IMG/VR virus record: IMGVR_UViG_2563366822_000004
Direction: 5' to 3' (one strand)
Source: a virus
Lineage: Duplodnaviria > Heunggongvirae > Uroviricota > Caudoviricetes
DNA length: 6,706 bases
Positions within the stretch are counted from its first letter, which is position 1, and each line of letters begins with the position of its first letter. Positions 1-6,496 of the stretch are shown here, piece by piece. Below the pieces are notes generated by a model. The model worked only from the letters and a program-made list of their open reading frames with translations, made no database searches and was not told the origin of the DNA. The position numbers were made by a program, and so were the translations under genes.

Positions 1-1545
1 TATCTGCTGCTGATACGCCTGCGCTATCCACACCGGACGTGAGAGTCCGGCTTTTTCCCGCTCTGCAGATTCCCTGACCTGCTGGCGGAAAATGTCCTGA
101 TAATCCTCGCCCATCAGCGCCAGCTCTTTCTCATACGTGCTCAGTCCGGCCTCAATGCGCATCACTGATTCCTGAACCTCCTTGAGCCCGTCAATGGCCA
201 TTCTTCCGGCTCCAATCCACTCAGCCCGTGACCAGGCTGATCGCGCCTGATAAAAATCAAAACGTGCCCGTGGCGGACGAATAATCCCCCGAAGAAGTGC
301 CTCTTCCAGCCAGCAGGAAAACATCTGCGTGGCCAGCCGGGCCGCAATAAATTTTCGCCGCCCCATAAAATAGCGCCACGACTCATTGGCGGATGCGCGG
401 GCACTTGAATAACTGACCTTCGAGTAATCACGGGACAACTGTTCGTAGGAAACGCCAAGACCGGCGGCGATATACCGCAGCAGCGCCTGTTCAAGCGCCG
501 AAAATCCATTGTCTGAATCCTGCGCGGTCTGAAGTTTCAGATCATCACCGGGGAAAAGGTGCGGAATTTTGACACCGCCCAGCGTCACGCTATTCGTGTC
601 ATACCAGGTGGAGAACTTATCCAGAATATTAATAAGCGGATTATCCTTCTGCCCCTGCGGCGCACCGGCGATATATTCAAAGGCCTTTTCGGTATCAAGG
701 TCACTTTCAATCGTCGCTGCATACATCGCCTTCACTATGGCCGACTGAAGCTGTGTTGCCTGCAGGGAATCGAGCATCTTCAGCCGTTCCATTACGCTGT
801 AAAACTGATTGGCCCCACGGGTCTGCCCGTCCTCCACCGGCTCGAAAATATGCAGCATGGCCGGACGCCCGGTGGGAAGTTCACGCGGGATCCGTTCCCA
901 TCGTCCACTCCCAGAGAACGGAAAATCATCCTCACAGATATGGTACGCAACGGCACGACCATATCGATCGACCTCCACACCGGCCCGCAGAAAACGGTTC
1001 CCCATACCGTGTCCTGGCGTGTCCACCCGTTTCGGACTCACGGCTTTAAAACGCGTACGAAACAGTTGCGTGCTCTCCGTATCCCAGACCGGCTGCACAA
1101 AGATTTCGCCGTTAAACGCATGAACGCCCACACCTTCACGAATAAATTCCGTAAACGTGCGTTTCTCTTCCACGTCGATCTCGCCAGACATCCCTTCGGC
1201 GTATTCCGACCAGGCCGCCTCCACCTCATCGACAAAACTTTTTGCCGCAGTCTCCCGCATCCCCAGCCAGCGCCAGTTCGGACGGTAGCTGATCAGAAAC
1301 ATATGCCCGACAATATGATCCTTATGCAGGGCCACCGCATTGGCCGCTATCCCGTTATTGCGCACCAGATCATCTGCCCGGGCATTCCCCAGACGCAACG
1401 CAGGCAGCAGGGCTGCATCGGCACTCTGCGCCGGTGGCAACCACTCCGCCATTTGCCCGCCAAATCCTGCGCCGCCCCCGTTGTAGCTGAGACTCTCACG
1501 AAGCGGAACGCCGTTCACATCAATCAGGACAGGCGTTCGTTTCAT
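1..1545 (-). CDS. B: Phage portal protein (lambda gpB-like), partial; C-terminal ~18 aa lie beyond the window start
   Basis: Minus-strand frame is open from the ATG at 1545..1543 to position 1. My translation starts MKRTPVLIDVNGVPLRESLSYNGGGAGFGGQMAEW, matching the lambda gpB N-terminus as I recall it; the window-edge codons read LSRPVWIAQAYQQQI, matching the gpB C-terminal region. Absent from the ORF track only because no stop falls inside the window. Confidence 0.93.
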   Translation of the reverse strand, partial: MKRTPVLIDVNGVPLRESLSYNGGGAGFGGQMAEWLPPAQSADAALLPALRLGNARADDLVRNNGIAANAVALHKDHIVGHMFLISYRPNWRWLGMRETAAKSFVDEVEAAWSEYAEGMSGEIDVEEKRTFTEFIREGVGVHAFNGEIFVQPVWDTESTQLFRTRFKAVSPKRVDTPGHGMGNRFLRAGVEVDRYGRAVAYHICEDDFPFSGSGRWERIPRELPTGRPAMLHIFEPVEDGQTRGANQFYSVMERLKMLDSLQATQLQSAIVKAMYAATIESDLDTEKAFEYIAGAPQGQKDNPLINILDKFSTWYDTNSVTLGGVKIPHLFPGDDLKLQTAQDSDNGFSALEQALLRYIAAGLGVSYEQLSRDYSKVSYSSARASANESWRYFMGRRKFIAARLATQMFSCWLEEALLRGIIRPPRARFDFYQARSAWSRAEWIGAGRMAIDGLKEVQESVMRIEAGLSTYEKELALMGEDYQDIFRQQVRESAEREKAGLSRPVWIAQAYQQQI

Positions 1546-1748
1546 AACCTCACTCCCAGCGGACGACGGCGACGTCGGGTTGTCCCCAGTACCGACTCCG
1601 CATCACTGATCGCCCGGTTAAGCTCATCCAGAGAAGCCACCGTATATTCAATTCTGCGACCATCTTTCTGGACAGACACCACCCGTTTACCGGTTAATAA
1701 ATCAAGGCGCGCCTGACGCAGCGCCTGCAGTTCAGCGACTGTAACCAT
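1542..1748 (-). CDS. W: Head-tail joining / head completion protein (lambda gpW-like), 68 aa
   Basis: ORF-track protein [36 protein letters not shown]... resembles lambda gpW (68 aa, recalled motif LMTGKRVATVQKDGRRVEF). A GGAGGAG Shine-Dalgarno lies just upstream of the ATG at 1748. Its TGA stop overlaps the portal ATG (ATGA junction at 1542-1545), as in lambda W/B. Confidence 0.85.
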   Translation of the reverse strand: MVTVAELQALRQARLDLLTGKRVVSVQKDGRRIEYTVASLDELNRAISDAESVLGTTRRRRRPLGVRL

Positions 1749-3660
1749 TCACTCCTCCGGACAGCTTCGCTGCCAGTTCTTTAAGGGTTGGCCGGGTCGT
1801 CTCTTCTTCCCGGGATTTTGCCAGTACAGCCAGATCAAGCTGCCAGCGTTGCACGGACACACGTAATGCCGCGTAGGCATACACCAGGCAGTCCAGCGCT
1901 TCGTTACGCCGCTTTTTGTTATCCCACAGCAGACGCATCTTTCCTTTTTCCCACTTCTCCACAAGCTCTTCCGCCACCAGTTGCTGCGCCTCTGTCTGCG
2001 AAAAAATCTCCGGATCATCAGGAAAACGGATGGCATACGACGTGGCTTCATCCGCAGGAGTGGGATCGGCTTTCATACGGGCATAGAGAATTTCTTTTGC
2101 GGTGTCCGTCCCCACTTCACACAGATACACGCCCCGCTGATTGCGGGTTTTCGGCATGGTGATCACCGGCTTGCCATAGACAGATGCGCCTTTTACCGGC
2201 AGCACCCGGAAAACACCGTGTTTTTTTGACCTCTGATAGACAATTTCACCATCGATCCCCCCGGTGTCCCAGCAGACACGGGAAATGGTCATTTCGGTTC
2301 CGTCTGCATGGCAGTATTTTTTGTTGATCGCCGCATCCACACGTAACAGCGTCTCTTCCTCATCGGGACGGCCCATAATGATGATTTTATCCACCAGAAA
2401 AGCTTCCTCTCCCGGAGCCCATCCCCAGACATACATCTCAAAACGGTTTCGCTGCGAGTCAATGCCCGCCGTCAGATAAACCACCCGGGAAGGCACCGCA
2501 GCCGTGTAACGCACAACCTTATCCATCAGCACCTGGTGATCGAGTTTTTCGCCCACGGCCTCTTCCCAGGTCTCGCCCAGCGTGGTGTTCACAAAGGTTT
2601 TCAGGCCGTTGGGATCTTTCAGTGCATCCAGCCAGTCATAGACAATCTGTACCCAGGTGGTGAACGGACTGTACGCCGTCCAGATATGGAATGTGATGGA
2701 GCGCGGCGGCGGAATTTCATTATCCGCGGCGCTGAAAAATGTCAGACCGTCACGAGTCCACATGCCCGTGTTTTCACAGATCCACCGCCCGTTACTCTGG
2801 TCAAGCTCAGACTGATGGATCACACAGCCATGATGCTCACAAAGGTAGAAAACACTTTCTGGCTTATTCTTCTCCCACTTAAGACCGAAAGGCGAGGCAT
2901 CATCGCCAAATTTCAGATACTGCTCCTCCCCACAGTGCGGACAGGGCACATAAAAACGCATGAAATGTGCCGACTCGTTAGCGGCTTTTTCGATCTGGCA
3001 GGAGCCTTTGATTTTAGGCGTCGAGCCGCGAATGGATTTTGGCCATACAGAGCCCTCAATACGTTTATCCCCCAGCAGGGTTGGCGAACCCTCTTTTTCA
3101 ACATCCGGTTCGAACGAGGAAAGCTCGTCATAACAAACCACATCCACGGATTTTTCACGGTAGTTTTTTGCTGCCGCTCCCCCCAGACACCAGAAACCCA
3201 CACCGGAGGAAAAACGCTTCAGGGTGAGCGTATTATCGCGGTGTTTTCTTCCGAACCATGGAGCCAGCTCCAGCAATGCAGGAACATCCCTTATCGTTGG
3301 CTCAACATGAGATTTCATAAAATCTTCAGCAGCTGAGTCCGTGGGCTGAAAAAGAAGGCTGTTGCGTGATTTATGCTCAATAAAATAAGCCTCCACTCCC
3401 AGCAACATCTTTGTATAACCAACACGGGCAGATTTAATCAGGTTAACAGTGCGAATCAAATCGTTGCCCATACAGTTCATGATGCCAACCTGAAACGGCA
3501 GTGTTTCCCACCGCCCCGGGGTATAAGACGACTCTTTAGGAAGGTAATAATGTTTATTGGCCCACTGAACTGTCGTCAGTGGAACAGGAATAATGAGAGA
3601 TAAAAGCCCTGTAGCTATCGCACCGGCTGCATTAGCTGCCTTCTGTGCGTCTGAAATCAT
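1732..3660 (-). CDS. A: Terminase large subunit (lambda gpA-like), ~642 aa
   Basis: The track ORF 1732..3702 contains [67 protein letters not shown] and [14 protein letters not shown], colinear with lambda gpA as recalled. Start chosen at the ATG at 3660 (MISDAQ...), which gives a lambda-like length and a ~29-nt overlap with the Nu1 3' end; the in-frame ATG at 3702 is an alternative. Confidence 0.95.
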   Translation of the reverse strand: MISDAQKAANAAGAIATGLLSLIIPVPLTTVQWANKHYYLPKESSYTPGRWETLPFQVGIMNCMGNDLIRTVNLIKSARVGYTKMLLGVEAYFIEHKSRNSLLFQPTDSAAEDFMKSHVEPTIRDVPALLELAPWFGRKHRDNTLTLKRFSSGVGFWCLGGAAAKNYREKSVDVVCYDELSSFEPDVEKEGSPTLLGDKRIEGSVWPKSIRGSTPKIKGSCQIEKAANESAHFMRFYVPCPHCGEEQYLKFGDDASPFGLKWEKNKPESVFYLCEHHGCVIHQSELDQSNGRWICENTGMWTRDGLTFFSAADNEIPPPRSITFHIWTAYSPFTTWVQIVYDWLDALKDPNGLKTFVNTTLGETWEEAVGEKLDHQVLMDKVVRYTAAVPSRVVYLTAGIDSQRNRFEMYVWGWAPGEEAFLVDKIIIMGRPDEEETLLRVDAAINKKYCHADGTEMTISRVCWDTGGIDGEIVYQRSKKHGVFRVLPVKGASVYGKPVITMPKTRNQRGVYLCEVGTDTAKEILYARMKADPTPADEATSYAIRFPDDPEIFSQTEAQQLVAEELVEKWEKGKMRLLWDNKKRRNEALDCLVYAYAALRVSVQRWQLDLAVLAKSREEETTRPTLKELAAKLSGGVNGYSR

Positions 3661-4180
3661 CGATCCACCCGCCCACGTTTTCACCGGCCTTAGCTGCAAC
3701 ATTGGAGGCTTTCGCGATTTCAGTTTTCACCACATCAAGGTGTGATGGTGAAATGTCCGGATATTTACGCTGTAATGTCAACGGCACACGCACAAGTATC
3801 CCCGAAATCTCCTGTGCCACACGTTGCAGAATGAAGGTAAACAGTTCAGTTTCCAGCACCACTCCGTCTTCACGGGCATTTTTCAGTTCCTGCGCATCTG
3901 CCTGCGCTTTTGTGAGCCGGTAGCGTTCATAGTCAATGGTGCCGGGTTGTAAATCTGACTCCGCTGCCGCACGCAAATCGGCCAGTTCTTTGCGGAGCTT
4001 TTCGTTTTCGATATCAGTTTCCCTCTGCGCATACCACTGAATTGCCATGGCAGTATCAAATACAGATTCAATGCCCTTACTGCCTTTGGAGACGCAAGGG
4101 AGCCCCTGAGACTGCCAGCGTTCAATCGTCCGCGGGTCCACGTTAAAAATTTCGGCAAGCCTCTTTTTATTAACCTTCAT
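3632..4180 (-). CDS. nu1: Terminase small subunit (lambda Nu1-like), ~182 aa
   Basis: Translation [36 protein letters not shown]...[48 protein letters not shown] is colinear with lambda Nu1 (MEVNKKQLADIF...[47 protein letters not shown]). The track ORF begins at a TTG at 4204; the ATG at 4180 matches the lambda start and sits ~176 nt from cosN, as in lambda. Confidence 0.93.
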   Translation of the reverse strand: MKVNKKRLAEIFNVDPRTIERWQSQGLPCVSKGSKGIESVFDTAMAIQWYAQRETDIENEKLRKELADLRAAAESDLQPGTIDYERYRLTKAQADAQELKNAREDGVVLETELFTFILQRVAQEISGILVRVPLTLQRKYPDISPSHLDVVKTEIAKASNVAAKAGENVGGWIDDFRRTEGS

Positions 4181-4204
4181 AGAACAACCCATTATCAAAT
4201 ACAA

Positions 4205-4355
4205 GGCCCGACATGAAAACGCCAGAAAAAGGCATTTTCGGACACTTTCATGTCGGACATTTATGAATGCAATATTAAAAAAAACAAAAAGTTATATTCG
4301 AGAAGTACCGACACGATTTTCCCTGAAAAATTTTCATAAATAGTGAAAAACCGCG
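4205..4355. promoter_or_regulatory. cosB-like terminase-binding region between cosN and Nu1
   Basis: Perfect 11-bp inverted repeat CCGACATGAAA (4208-4218) / TTTCATGTCGG (4246-4256), 27-bp spacer, at the position where lambda has its inverted R2/R1 sites. A related motif (CGTGTCGG on the minus strand, about 4304-4316) sits where R3 would be. The ~45 nt next to cosN closely match lambda; the R-site region does not. Confidence 0.6.
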
Positions 4356-4367
4356 AGGTCGCCGCCC
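4356..4367 (-). other. cosN: 12-nt cohesive-end sequence identical to lambda (GGGCGGCGACCT on the minus strand)
   Basis: Plus-strand AGGTCGCCGCCC at 4356-4367 is the exact reverse complement of the lambda cohesive end. The flanking minus-strand sequence CTCGCGGTTTTTCACTATTTATGAAAATTTTTCAGGG closely matches the lambda left-end sequence as recalled. Confidence 0.88.
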
Positions 4368-4420
4368 CGTAACCGGTCGGATCGCCGGAAAGGACCCACG
4401 AAATGATAATGATTATCATC
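4368..4420 (-). other. Phage right-end sequence next to cosN, expected to contain cosQ
   Basis: Minus-strand GATGATAATCATTATCATTTCGTGGGTCCTTTCCGGCGATCCGACCGGTTACG is near-identical to the last ~50 nt of the lambda right end as recalled. It includes the near-palindrome ATGATAATGATTATCAT (4402-4418). The exact cosQ boundaries are not resolved here. Confidence 0.5.
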
Positions 4421-4479
4421 TATATAAGGTTTATCACAACATGTGTGTACGCCATCAAACCACGAGAAATAATCAATTA

Positions 4480-4512
4480 TGACGCAGGTATCGTATTAAT
4501 TGATCTGCGTCA
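4480..4512. promoter_or_regulatory. Candidate operator: perfect 8-bp inverted repeat TGACGCAG-N17-CTGCGTCA upstream of the RHH-like gene
   Basis: Read directly from the sequence (4480-4487 and 4505-4512). It lies 60-95 bp upstream of the 4574 start codon in an AT-rich stretch with -10-like hexamers (e.g. GATAAT at 4535-4540). Confidence 0.3.
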
Positions 4513-4573
4513 AATTAACGTAAAAGCAACTTCTGATAATACAAATCAGCAACACTGAATATGGGGAAACATT

Positions 4574-4759
4574 ATGTCATCAAAGAACAGAACGCGCAGA
4601 ACAACAACCCGCAACATCCGATTTCCAAACCAGATGATTGAACAAATTAACATCGCTCTTGATCTGAAAGGTTCAGGAAACTTTTCAGCGTGGGTTATTG
4701 AAGCCTGCAGAAGAAGGCTGTCAACAGAGAGTTCGGGTATGAATTACATAATTAAGTAA
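4574..4759 (+). CDS. Small ribbon-helix-helix-like DNA-binding protein (61 aa), conserved prophage protein of unknown function; possibly DUF3950 / YlcI-like
   Basis: ATG at 4574 with GGGGA Shine-Dalgarno ~6 nt upstream. Sequence MSSKNRTRRTTTRNIRFPNQMIEQINIALDLKGSGNFSAWVIEACRRRL fits the Arc/CopG/MetJ pattern: basic N-terminal tail, a short beta-strand (IRFP), then two helices. Position (next to cos, opposite strand to nu1) matches my recollection of ylcI beside nohD in E. coli DLP12; that assignment is from memory and unverified. Confidence 0.6.
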   Translation: MSSKNRTRRTTTRNIRFPNQMIEQINIALDLKGSGNFSAWVIEACRRRLSTESSGMNYIIK

Positions 4760-4891
4760 CATGGTGTTCACAGAACACGCAGTTACCGGACACATCAGTT
4801 TTCCATTCGCTCCCTGGCAGTACAGGCTTCCCCTCTGACGGGATAGCCTGAAAAAATAACGCAGAAAATTATTTGTTATAATTAATATAAC

Positions 4892-5032
4892 TTACTCAAA
4901 AAAAAGCGACGAGAAAATCAGCATCAACGAACAATAAGCGCCAATACGTGATAACAAATGGCAGCCATATTTATCTGCAGTATAAGCAATGGACAGGATA
5001 ACCACACCAGAAACCGTCAGCATAAAATCCAT
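4892..5032 (-). CDS. Hypothetical small hydrophobic protein (46 aa), speculative
   Basis: Below the ORF-track size threshold; found by manual translation: MDFMLTVSGVVILSIAYTADKYGCHLLSRIGAYCSLMLIFSSLFFE, two hydrophobic stretches. GGGGAAG lies 5 nt upstream of the ATG at 5032. Sits in the AT-rich region, convergent with the 4574-4759 gene. No homology recognised. Confidence 0.22.
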   Translation of the reverse strand: MDFMLTVSGVVILSIAYTADKYGCHLLSRIGAYCSLMLIFSSLFFE

Positions 5033-5382
5033 TTGAACTTCCCCGGACAAAATCGACTCATCTAAAGATTTACAGCTCTTTTTATTATCAATATGTTAAA
5101 AGTAAAATAAACAGATGTTCAATAACACGAATACAAAAACGTGCTGAAATTCAATGAATCCATTTCTGTGTCATCAATTAATAGTGATAAACATCCGGCT
5201 TCTTCCACCATCGCACCGGACAGGCGACTATGAGGGGACAACGCCGCGCTCCGTTAACGCGGTAAACCCCGGTGTGTATCGTTTTTGATTATCCCCGCAC
5301 ACTCGCGCAGAGGAGTCTCCCGGTCGGGCTGCGGTCTCTGTTAATGCGGGGATACGGCGACAATACCGCGCATCAGCAAAAC

Positions 5383-5850
5383 TTATTTCAGGCACTGAGT
5401 GCGGATATATTCCTGCGCCACTTCCAGCTGCTTCTGCATCAGCATCAACCGCTCTCTGAGAGTGAAATAATCCCGTTCAGCGGTGTCTGCCAGTCGGGGG
5501 CCGGTTGCATTATCCACGCCGGAGGTGGTGGGGGCTTCACGCACGGTACCGGGGCAGGTGGCGTTGATCCGCAGGCGCTTACGACCAGCGGCAACGTCAG
5601 CGCGCAGAGTTTCATTTTCAGCTCTCGCATCGGCTAATTCCCTCGAGTATCTGGCATCAAGTGCAGCAACATCACGCTGGCGCTGCTGCATATCAGTAAT
5701 GGTTGCATTTGCCTGCTCCAGCTCACTGACTTTTTTATCGCGCTGCTCTTTGTAGGTTATGGCGTTATCACGGTAATGATTCAGCCCCAGACTAAGCGCA
5801 CCACAGGCCACCAGCAGGGCAATGATGACCACGCACAGTACGCGGTTCAT
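5383..5850 (-). CDS. Rz: Spanin, inner-membrane subunit (i-spanin, lambda Rz-like), 155 aa
   Basis: MNRVLCVVIIALLVACGALSLGLNHYRDNAITYKEQRDKK...DMQQRQRDVAALDARYSRELADARAEN...VAAGRKRLRI...TTSGVDNATGPRLADTAERDYFTLRERL is colinear with lambda Rz as recalled (AVNHYRDNAITYKAQRDKN...RQRDVAALDAKYTKELADAKAEN...SPRLADTAERDYFTLRERL). N-terminal transmembrane segment present. Confidence 0.93.
   Translation of the reverse strand: MNRVLCVVIIALLVACGALSLGLNHYRDNAITYKEQRDKKVSELEQANATITDMQQRQRDVAALDARYSRELADARAENETLRADVAAGRKRLRINATCPGTVREAPTTSGVDNATGPRLADTAERDYFTLRERLMLMQKQLEVAQEYIRTQCLK
5445..5630 (-). CDS. Rz1: Spanin, outer-membrane lipoprotein subunit (o-spanin, lambda Rz1-like), 61 aa, embedded in the +1 frame of Rz
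   Basis: MRELKMKLCALTLPLVVSACGSTPPAPVPCVKPPPPPAWIMQPAPDWQTPLNGIIS has a lipobox (VSAC) and the proline-rich stretch CVKPPPPPAWIMQP..DWQTPLNGIIS, near-identical to lambda Rz1 as recalled. Nested entirely within Rz, as in lambda. Confidence 0.9.
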   Translation of the reverse strand: MRELKMKLCALTLPLVVSACGSTPPAPVPCVKPPPPPAWIMQPAPDWQTPLNGIISLSESG

Positions 5851-5851
5851 T

Positions 5852-5950
5852 TCACCACCAGCGTATCTGACCGATGAAATAACCGGAGGCCATAATCACA
5901 AACACCAGCCAGATAAGAATGAACTTCCAGGTGGATAATTTTTCAGCCAT
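5852..5950 (-). CDS. Hypothetical small transmembrane protein (32 aa) immediately upstream of Rz, speculative
   Basis: Manual translation: MAEKLSTWKFILIWLVFVIMASGYFIGQIRWW, one hydrophobic helix. GGGAG lies ~9 nt upstream of the ATG at 5950. Its TGA stop (5854-5852) is one nucleotide from the Rz ATG (5850), i.e. a translational-coupling geometry. Occupies a ~300-bp R-Rz spacer that lambda lacks. Confidence 0.3.
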   Translation of the reverse strand: MAEKLSTWKFILIWLVFVIMASGYFIGQIRWW

Positions 5951-6025
5951 CACTCGAATCTCCCGAATCAGTTTGCTAAAATCAAACACACTTTCTCCTT
6001 TGACTTTTCCAGAGTCAGGAAACAC

Positions 6026-6058
6026 AAAACCCCGCTTGCAGCCAACAAACGGGGTTTT
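6026..6058 (+). terminator. Terminator-like hairpin (9-bp stem AAAACCCCG / CGGGGTTTT, 15-nt loop) followed by a T-rich tract
   Basis: Read from the sequence: stem arms at 6026-6034 and 6050-6058, then TTTTTACTTTTATT on the plus strand. The minus strand has a weaker U-tract (UUUUGUGUUU). The loop is long for a canonical intrinsic terminator. Confidence 0.3.
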
Positions 6059-6148
6059 TACTTTTATTCACTTACATTTTGCCAGTTCGCAGGATTTCGT
6101 GTTATCCGTCCGCCTTGGCCAACGTCATTGATTAGCAAAATATTCTGC

Positions 6149-6496
6149 TTATCTGTCGATTCCCCAGCACGCCAGCGCGCTCTCCTGGTCACGACGGGAT
6201 ACCTGACCGTAACAGTTATTTGAGCGAATACGGCAGTCTCTGCCACCGTCCTTAATCCACCAGCGAATCGCCTCACACGCTCCCCTGCGATCACCTGCAT
6301 TAATTCGTTTATAAAACGTCGACGGAAAACACTTACCGGGGCCAATGTTGTACGGACAGAATGACGCGATCCCCGCTTTCTGGGGTTCACTCAATGGCAC
6401 TCTGATGTTTTTCTCCACCCATGCCAGCGCCTTATCACGCTCAATGGCGTTAACCCGGTCGCATTTTTCCTTCGACAACTTCATGCCCGGAACGAC
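6149..6496 (-). pseudogene. R: Phage endolysin (lysozyme family), 3' fragment; N-terminal ~55-60 residues removed by the IS insertion
   Basis: Minus-strand translation ...VVPGMKLSKEKCDRVNAIERDKALAWVEKNIRVPLSEPQKAGIASFCPYNIGPGKCFPSTFYKRINAGDRRGACEAIRWWIKDGGRDCRIRSNNCYGQVSRRDQESALACWGIDR matches the C-terminal two-thirds of lambdoid lysozyme-type endolysins (phage 21 R-like). Upstream of codon V at 6496 the frame runs into IS sequence and a stop at 6529-6527; no N-terminal signal-anchor region or catalytic Glu region is present in the window. Confidence 0.85.

Noticed and set aside
162-1235. Minus-strand ORFs 162-509, 792-980 and 1038-1235, and plus-strand ORFs 753-1049 and 809-1123
   Set aside because: Alternative-frame or antisense ORFs inside the portal gene; compositionally biased translations, explained by the gpB coding frame.
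559-1716. 385-aa plus-strand ORF
   Set aside because: Lies entirely antisense to the portal gene, whose minus-strand translation matches lambda gpB. The protein is Arg/Pro/His-rich and low-complexity with no recognisable motifs; long antisense ORFs are common in GC-rich coding DNA.
2536-3336. 266-aa plus-strand ORF, with smaller plus-strand ORFs at 1788-2162, 1981-2229, 2264-2479, 3039-3227 and 3373-3603
   Set aside because: All are antisense to the terminase large subunit gene, which is strongly supported. No RBS or recognisable domains.
3661-3702. Upstream in-frame ATG at 3702 for terminase A ([14 protein letters not shown] extension)
   Set aside because: The ATG at 3660 gives a lambda-like length and overlap with Nu1. 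The longer form cannot be excluded without experimental data, but it is not needed.
4181-4204. N-terminal extension of Nu1 (MYLIMGCS) implied by the ORF track
   Set aside because: The track start is a TTG codon. The ATG at 4180 reproduces the lambda Nu1 N-terminus (MKVNKK vs MEVNKK) and the lambda cosN-to-start spacing, so the extension is unlikely to be translated.
4400-5382. Search for a lambda bor-like lipoprotein gene, or a CRISPR array, tRNA or other RNA gene in the Rz-cos interval
   Set aside because: No ORF resembling Bor (about 97 aa with a lipoprotein signal) is present, and no direct-repeat/spacer periodicity or tRNA-like features were seen. The interval is mostly AT-rich non-coding sequence.
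5272-5755. Plus-strand ORFs 5272-5637 (121 aa) and 5483-5755 (90 aa)
   Set aside because: Antisense to Rz/Rz1, which are clearly identified; Gly/Ala/Ser-rich translations typical of antisense frames.
5919-6131. 70-aa plus-strand ORF in the R-Rz spacer
   Set aside because: No convincing RBS; it reads straight through the strong hairpin at 6026-6058 and is antisense to the better-supported 32-aa coupled ORF. Treated as a chance frame.
6064-6390. 108-aa minus-strand ORF
   Set aside because: Alternative frame overlapping the endolysin remnant, whose homology is in a different frame; Arg-rich artefact.
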